From: an uncultured Alphaproteobacteria bacterium
GTDB lineage: Bacteria > Pseudomonadota > Alphaproteobacteria > Methylaequorales > Methylaequoraceae
Assembly: GCA_902563505.1 (NCBI GenBank)
Contig: CACEXK010000002.1
Coordinates: 134,884 to 198,883 of the forward strand
DNA: 64,000 nucleotides
Reading direction: 5' to 3'
Shown here: piece after piece, positions 58,400 through 64,000 of the stretch
Numbering within the stretch: the stretch's first letter is position 1
Layout of the letters: each line of letters begins with the position of its first letter
Notes under the pieces: generated by a model
Database searches by the model: none
What the model saw: only the letters and a program-made list of their open reading frames with translations
Told to the model about the DNA's origin: nothing
Program-made: the position numbers and the translations under genes

Positions 58400-58680
58400 T
58401 AATTATTCAATTTAAAAGTTATACCTTTTTCTCTAATTTTATCTCTCATTTTTCTTATTTCTCCACCTTCATCTAGTTCTACAAAAAAAGGAGATACTAT
58501 CAAACATTCTTTTTCATGATTTTGAGCAATTTGTTCATATATTGCAAGATTATCTCTTGATATTTTTACAGCATTAGTCAAATCACTTGACCAATTGTTC
58601 TTAGAATAGTAAACGACTGATCCAGTTTTCAGATCATTTGCAGTGAGATAAAAATATTCTCCTTTTAACTTTTTTGCCAT
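58399..58680 (-). CDS. DUF2849-family protein
   Basis: 93 aa. The segment YLTANDLKTGSVVYYS and its position immediately upstream of cysI (1-nt overlap) match the DUF2849-cysI-DUF934 arrangement. Confidence 0.7.
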   Translation of the reverse strand: MAKKLKGEYFYLTANDLKTGSVVYYSKNNWSSDLTNAVKISRDNLAIYEQIAQNHEKECLIVSPFFVELDEGGEIRKMRDKIREKGITFKLNN

Positions 58681-58834
58681 ATTTAAAAATTAAAAATATT
58701 TTATTAAAAGTAAAGTTTTTTTAAAATAATACAAGAAAAAAATGCATAATATTATATTATACATAAGCTTGGTGTAAAATTAATTTTTTTTAAACTTGAT
58801 AATCAGATTAAACTAAATAATTTATAAGATAAAA

Positions 58835-60379
58835 ATGAATGAAATTATTTATAAACAATGGCCATTCAAAGAAGCCAAGAAGATTCAAAAAAGATTAGAA
58901 AATTCTAGGAAGGAGCTATGTGTTTTTCAAACTGGTTATGGCCCCTCAGGTCTACCTCATATTGGAACTTTTGGTGAGGTTTTAAGAACATCTATGGTTA
59001 TTAAGGCTTTTAGAAAGATTTCAAAAATACCTACAAAATTATATGTTTTTTCTGATGATATGGATGGACTTAGAAAAGTTCCTGAAAACATTCCAAATAG
59101 AGAATTAATAAAAAAGAATATTGAAAAACCACTTTCGTCTATTCCAGATCCATTTGAGAAATTCCATAGTTTTGCAGAATATAATAATCAAAAACTAATG
59201 AGTTTTCTTGATAGTTTTGATTTTGAATATGAATTCAAATCTGCAACTGATCATTATAAAAAAGGGATTTTTAATGATGGTTTGCAGGCAATATTTGAAA
59301 ATTACGAAAAAGTTTTAAATGTGATTCTTCCCACTCTAGGTAAAGAAAGAAGAGAAACATACTCTCCATTTTTACCTATATGTAAAGCAACAGGAAAAGT
59401 TCTACAAGTTAAAATTTTAGAACTAGATAAGAAGAACAAAAAAATAATATATACAAACCCAAATACAAAAAAAACCGACGATTCTTCAATTTTTAATGGT
59501 GAATGCAAACTTCAATGGAAGGTTGATTGGGCAATGCGATGGTTTGTACTGGGAGTAGATTATGAAATGAACGGAAAAGATTTAATAGAATCGTATGTTC
59601 TTTCAAATAAGATTAATAAGATTATTGGTGGAAGATCACCAGTAAATTTTACATACGAGCTCTTTTTAGATGAAAAAGGTGAAAAAATTTCAAAATCTGT
59701 TGGTAACGGAATAACAGTTGACGAATGGTTAAAATTTTCACCAAAGGAAAGTCTGGAACTTTTTATGTATCAGAACCCACAAAGAGCAAAACGTCTTTAT
59801 TTCGATGTGATTCCAAAAACAACAGATGAATTTATCAAATTAAAAAATAGGTTTGAAAATTTACCAGAAAACGAAAAGTATGATGAGTCATTGTGGTTTA
59901 TCAATTTCAAAATTGATGAGAAAATACCTGAAAATCTAACATTTAATATGATTTTAAATTTAGCTAGTGTATGTAATGCTGAATCAACAGAAATTTTGTG
60001 GGGGTTTATCCATAATTATTATCCAAACATTGATAGATCTGAACATCCTTATCTTGAAAAACTTCTTGATTACGGAGTAGAATATTACAAAGAATTTATT
60101 TTTCCTTCCAAAAAATATAGGGAACCTAGTGATAAAGAAAAAGATGCATTCAAAAGGATAATCGATGTTCTTAAAAAAGCATCTGCAGACATCCCAGCAG
60201 AGGATATTCAGACAAAAATTTATGATATTGGAATGTCAATGCATTTTGAGAACCTTAAAGAATTATTTTCAGCATTTTATGAAGTAATCTTAGGACAAAA
60301 ACAAGGACCTCGGTTAGGTTCATTTATAAAGTTTTTTGGAATAAAAAAAACAATAGAACTATTAGAAAGTAAAATTTAA
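58835..60379 (+). CDS. lysK: class I lysyl-tRNA synthetase
   Basis: 514 aa with a HIGH-type motif (PSGLPHIGTFGE) and a KMSKS-type motif (KISKSVGNG). The architecture matches class I LysRS. Confidence 0.9.
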   Translation: MNEIIYKQWPFKEAKKIQKRLENSRKELCVFQTGYGPSGLPHIGTFGEVLRTSMVIKAFRKISKIPTKLYVFSDDMDGLRKVPENIPNRELIKKNIEKPLSSIPDPFEKFHSFAEYNNQKLMSFLDSFDFEYEFKSATDHYKKGIFNDGLQAIFENYEKVLNVILPTLGKERRETYSPFLPICKATGKVLQVKILELDKKNKKIIYTNPNTKKTDDSSIFNGECKLQWKVDWAMRWFVLGVDYEMNGKDLIESYVLSNKINKIIGGRSPVNFTYELFLDEKGEKISKSVGNGITVDEWLKFSPKESLELFMYQNPQRAKRLYFDVIPKTTDEFIKLKNRFENLPENEKYDESLWFINFKIDEKIPENLTFNMILNLASVCNAESTEILWGFIHNYYPNIDRSEHPYLEKLLDYGVEYYKEFIFPSKKYREPSDKEKDAFKRIIDVLKKASADIPAEDIQTKIYDIGMSMHFENLKELFSAFYEVILGQKQGPRLGSFIKFFGIKKTIELLESKI

Positions 60380-60381
60380 GA

Positions 60382-60705
60382 ATGCCTGATTCACAGATGA
60401 ATATCTTTAGAGTCTTGAATGCTGACGAATGGGTAGAATTTAGAAAAAAAAAAGTTTTTAAGGGAAATTCTTTTGATCACAAGTCTGGTTTCATTCACCT
60501 TTCAACCCAGAAACAATTAAAAGAAACAATAAACTTGCATTTTAAAAATAATAAAAAAATTGTAATTCTTAAATTTAATGCAAATGATTTAGGAGATTCT
60601 CTAAAATGGGAACTATCGAGAAATAGAGAATTATTTCCACACTTATATGATTCTTTAAATTTTAAGCACATAAAAAATGTTGAGTCTTTTGGATGTAGCG
60701 TATGA
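60382..60705 (+). CDS. DUF952-family protein
   Basis: 107 aa. The motifs SGFIHLSTQKQL and LFPHLY are typical of DUF952. Confidence 0.75.
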   Translation: MPDSQMNIFRVLNADEWVEFRKKKVFKGNSFDHKSGFIHLSTQKQLKETINLHFKNNKKIVILKFNANDLGDSLKWELSRNRELFPHLYDSLNFKHIKNVESFGCSV

Positions 60706-61754
60706 TGTTTAAAACTATTTCAAACCTGACAAACTTTATATCACCTGAACTTTTGCACACATTTTTCCTTACAACACTCAAATATAGTTTGTTTAAGAAA
60801 AATACGATTTATGAAAATTTAAGATTTAAACTTTTGGATCGAGATTTTGATAATCCATTGGGACTAGCTGCTGGGTTTGATAAGAATGCTGAAGTATTGG
60901 ATGGATCTTTGGCATTGGGATTTGGTTATTTAGAGGCTGGCACAGTAACTCCAATGCCACAAAAAGGCAACCCTAAACCAAGGGTATTTAAAATACCCGA
61001 ATTTGAAGCTGTTATTCAGAGATTAGGATTTAACAACGATGGAATTGAAATTTTTTTGAGTAATTTAAAGCAGTTTAGACTTAAATCCAGAGGATTGGTT
61101 GGGGTAAATATTGGAAAAAATAAGGGTTCATCAGATTTGTATTCAGATTATACTTTTTTATACCAAAAAGTTGAACCATTTGCTGACTACATAACTATTA
61201 ATATTTCTTCGCCGAATACACCGGGTGTAAGAGATTTACAAAAAAAAGATAATTTTAAAAAATTAATTGAAAAAATTTCAAAATTTAAAAAAAAACCTAC
61301 TTTTGTAAAGATTTCTCCTGACATTTCTTCGAGTAATCTTGAAAATGTATGTGATTTAGCGTTAAATGAAGATTTTATTGATGGTTTGATTTTAACAAAT
61401 ACCACAATTTCAAGGGATTTTCTTCATTCAAAACCCATAAAAAATTCATGGAAGATTTTTGAAGATGGTGGATTATCAGGCCCTCCTTTAAAAAAAATTA
61501 CAAATGAAATGATTAAAAAAGTTTATAAACAAACCAAAGGGAAAATTATTATTATTGGTGTTGGCGGTATCTCAACAGGGAGGGATGCTTTTGAAAAAAT
61601 TTCCTTGGGTTGTAGTTTAGTTCAACTATACACATCTTTAATATATAAAGGTCCAAATGTTGTATCCAAAATTTTGGCTGAATTAAGTCAGCTTATTAAA
61701 AAAAAGGGATTAAAAAATGTTCAGGAACTCGTTGGAGCAAATATAGATTTATGA
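60702..61754 (+). CDS. pyrD: dihydroorotate dehydrogenase (quinone), class 2
   Basis: Has an N-terminal membrane-association helix plus the motifs GLAAGFDKNAE, GYLEAGTVTP, NRLGFNN, NISSPNTPGVRDLQ and GVGGI. Confidence 0.93.
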   Translation: MMFKTISNLTNFISPELLHTFFLTTLKYSLFKKNTIYENLRFKLLDRDFDNPLGLAAGFDKNAEVLDGSLALGFGYLEAGTVTPMPQKGNPKPRVFKIPEFEAVIQRLGFNNDGIEIFLSNLKQFRLKSRGLVGVNIGKNKGSSDLYSDYTFLYQKVEPFADYITINISSPNTPGVRDLQKKDNFKKLIEKISKFKKKPTFVKISPDISSSNLENVCDLALNEDFIDGLILTNTTISRDFLHSKPIKNSWKIFEDGGLSGPPLKKITNEMIKKVYKQTKGKIIIIGVGGISTGRDAFEKISLGCSLVQLYTSLIYKGPNVVSKILAELSQLIKKKGLKNVQELVGANIDL

Positions 61755-62596
61755 GAGAAATCAAACAAATACAAAACTTTAGGGATTTGATATATAAGTA
61801 TGATGTATTTTTTATTGACCTGTGGGGTGTCGTACACAATGGTGTTAACTTGTTCAAAAATACTCTTGATGTAATAGAAAAAATAAAAAAAGAAAAAAAA
61901 AAAATTTTTTTTTTAACTAATGCTCCCAGGAGAGCCTCTGTAATCTCAAATCAACTAGAAGAATTTGGTTTGAGTGCAAACCTTTATGACCAAATTATTT
62001 CCTCTGGAGAGTTAACTTGGTTAAGTCTTAAAGGAAAAGAATTTTCTAATAAAAAGTGTTTTCAGATTGGTCCAAAAAGAGATTTTCATTTGATTGAAGG
62101 ACTTGATGTTCAGGTGGTAAAAGAGCCGACATCTGCAGATATTATTATTAATACAGGCCCCTGGGGTGATGATGATTGTCTCGAAAATTATACAAACATT
62201 TTAAATAAACTTAATGAATCAAATGCAAAAATGATTTGTTCTAACCCCGACAAAACTGTTATCAGGGGGGAAAAATTTATGATTTGTGCTGGTTTGCTCG
62301 CAGAATATTACGAGAATATAGGAGGAAAAGTTCAATATTTCGGCAAACCCCATAAACAAATCTATGAGTTTTGTTATAAAATAATTAAAAAAAATGCGAA
62401 TATTTTAGTTATTGGAGATTCATTGGAAAATGATATCAAAGGAGCAAACAAACAAAACTTAGATTCATTGCTAATTACCGATGGTATTCATAGAGAAGTA
62501 AATAATAACAACAATGTTGATAAAGAAAAATTAGATGGTTTAATGAAGAAAAAAAATGCATTTCCAAATTATTACATGAAAAGTCTAACATATTAA
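61751..62596 (+). CDS. HAD-superfamily subfamily IIA hydrolase
   Basis: Has FFIDLWGV (DxxG-type motif I), LTNAP and the C-terminal GDSLENDI motif. Confidence 0.75.
   Translation: MREIKQIQNFRDLIYKYDVFFIDLWGVVHNGVNLFKNTLDVIEKIKKEKKKIFFLTNAPRRASVISNQLEEFGLSANLYDQIISSGELTWLSLKGKEFSNKKCFQIGPKRDFHLIEGLDVQVVKEPTSADIIINTGPWGDDDCLENYTNILNKLNESNAKMICSNPDKTVIRGEKFMICAGLLAEYYENIGGKVQYFGKPHKQIYEFCYKIIKKNANILVIGDSLENDIKGANKQNLDSLLITDGIHREVNNNNNVDKEKLDGLMKKKNAFPNYYMKSLTY
61893..61914 (+). repeat. A12T10 self-complementary homopolymer block inside the HAD gene
   Basis: Counted directly as 12 A followed by 10 T, encoding KKKKIFFL. Confidence 0.95.
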
Positions 62597-62609
62597 TTGA
62601 GGAAAAAAA

Positions 62610-64000
62610 TTGTCAAAAGATTTTGAAAAAAAAGAATGGGTTGATCTTGCATCAAAGGAACTTAAAGATAAAAAGTTAGAAAATCATTTTTGGGATACAC
62701 CGGAGGGAATTAAAGTGAAACCTCTTTACACCGCAGATGATTTGAAGGTAATTAAGCATAAAATAGGATTACCGGGTCTTCCTCCATTCACCCGAGGGCC
62801 TAGAGCAACTATGTATTCTAATCGCCCTTGGACAATTAGACAATATGCAGGCTTTTCAACTGCGGAGGAATCAAATAAGTTCTATAAAGAGGGACTTAAA
62901 AATGGAGTCATGGGACTTTCCGTTGCTTTTGATCTTGCTACGCATAGAGGATACGACTCGGATCACCCTAGAGTTGTTGCGGATGTTGGGAATGCTGGTG
63001 TCGCAATTGATTCAATTGAAGATATGAATAAACTTTTTGATGGAATACCATTAGACAAAATGAGTGTATCGATGACTATGAATGGTGCTGTGATACCAAT
63101 TCTTGCTTGTTTTATAGCGTCTGGGTTAGAACAAGGTTGTCCATTGGAGAAATTAACAGGAACAATTCAGAATGATATTTTAAAAGAATTTATGGTTAGA
63201 AATACCTTTATATTTCCTCCCAAACCAAGTATGAGAATTGTAGCTGACATCATTGAGTATACATCAAAAAAAATGCCAAAATTTAATTCAATTTCAATAA
63301 GTGGTTATCATATGCAGGAGGCTGGAGCAAATCAGGTTCAAGAGTTAGCTTATACTCTTGCAGATGGTGAAGAGTATATAAAAATTGCTCTTGATAGAGG
63401 TTTGAATATTGATGATTTTGCACCCAGACTTTCTTTTTTCTGGTCAATCGGAATGAATTTCTTTATGGAAATTGCAAAAATGAGGGCAGCTAGATATATG
63501 TGGTCAGAAATAGTAAGTAAATTTAAACCTAAAAACAACAAAAGTCTTGCACTCAGAACGCATTGCCAAACATCTGGAGTTTCGTTGATGGAACAGGATG
63601 CATACAATAATATTGTTCGAACAACAATTGAGGCTATGGCTGCGGTCATGGGTGGAACCCAATCACTTCATACAAATAGTTTCGATGAAGCTTTAGCTCT
63701 CCCAACTAAATTTTCTGCCAGGATAGCAAGAAACACTCAATTGATTTTAGCTGAAGAAACTGGAATTTGTAATGTTGTTGATCCTTTAGCAGGATCTTAT
63801 TATTTGGAAAGTTTAACATCAAGTATGATTGAAGAAGCAAAAAAACTTATAAATGAAATTGACGAAGTTGGGGGCATGGTCAAAGCAATAGAATTGGGGA
63901 TACCTAAAATGAGAATAGAGGAAAGTGCTGCTAAAAGACAGGCTAAAGTAGATTCACAGGAAGAAACTATTGTTGGAGTCAATAAATATAAGCCAACAGA
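62610..64000 (+). CDS. mcmA: methylmalonyl-CoA mutase large subunit (5' partial; runs off the window)
   Basis: This ORF is not in the ORF track because there is no stop within the window. It has a TTG start behind a GAGGA SD. My own translation reads [17 protein letters not shown]...[51 protein letters not shown]... Confidence 0.88.
   Translation, partial: MSKDFEKKEWVDLASKELKDKKLENHFWDTPEGIKVKPLYTADDLKVIKHKIGLPGLPPFTRGPRATMYSNRPWTIRQYAGFSTAEESNKFYKEGLKNGVMGLSVAFDLATHRGYDSDHPRVVADVGNAGVAIDSIEDMNKLFDGIPLDKMSVSMTMNGAVIPILACFIASGLEQGCPLEKLTGTIQNDILKEFMVRNTFIFPPKPSMRIVADIIEYTSKKMPKFNSISISGYHMQEAGANQVQELAYTLADGEEYIKIALDRGLNIDDFAPRLSFFWSIGMNFFMEIAKMRAARYMWSEIVSKFKPKNNKSLALRTHCQTSGVSLMEQDAYNNIVRTTIEAMAAVMGGTQSLHTNSFDEALALPTKFSARIARNTQLILAEETGICNVVDPLAGSYYLESLTSSMIEEAKKLINEIDEVGGMVKAIELGIPKMRIEESAAKRQAKVDSQEETIVGVNKYKPT

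Overview
The window is a very AT-rich, tightly packed bacterial chromosome segment. Intergenic spacers are short, and many start/stop codons overlap or abut. I found no rRNA, tRNA, CRISPR array or mobile element. Gene order looks alphaproteobacterial: argD-argF, metZ-apaG, DUF2849-cysI-DUF934, a class I LysRS, DUF952, and a TTG-start methylmalonyl-CoA mutase. The core (about 5.2-36.1 kb) is a methylotrophy island. It holds a PedA1A2BC-like ABC system associated with PQQ dehydrogenases, two unknown secreted proteins, and pqqABCDE, where pqqA is a 25-codon ORF missing from the ORF track. It also holds xoxF-xoxG-xoxJ (XoxF has the lanthanide-type D-Y-D signature), a SoxY-SoxZ fusion carrier, and two more unknown secreted proteins. 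Next comes a large H4MPT/methylofuran cofactor and C1-transfer block: folB-like, mfnE/B/F/D-like, DHPS-like, flavoprotein, DUF447, fae, citG-like, mptN, mch, mtdB, mptG, a PCD-like gene and fhcB-D-C, with no fhcA. A hopanoid/isoprenoid cluster follows (36.1-48.6 kb): hpnM, hpnA, ispH, hpnH, hpnG, shc, hpnE, hpnD, dxs, hpnC, hpnB. After that come a TorF-like porin, ctaA, sulfate assimilation genes (cysH-cysD-cysNC; DUF2849-cysI-DUF934), CIRCE-groESL, lysK, pyrD, a HAD hydrolase and a 5' partial mcm. The observations most worth follow-up are listed here. (1) A conserved direct repeat, AAATGAAT-N5-ATGAAT, occurs upstream of pqqA and twice in the xoxF/soxYZ-like divergent spacer. (2) The SoxYZ-like carrier and four uncharacterised secreted proteins are embedded in the island; one is a Glu-rich, ligand-less cupredoxin-like protein. 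(3) Two homopolymer-linked frame anomalies lie at the hpnD/hpnE junction. (4) An A14 tract sits exactly in the overlap of two cofactor-biosynthesis ORFs. (5) fhcA is absent from the fhc operon.
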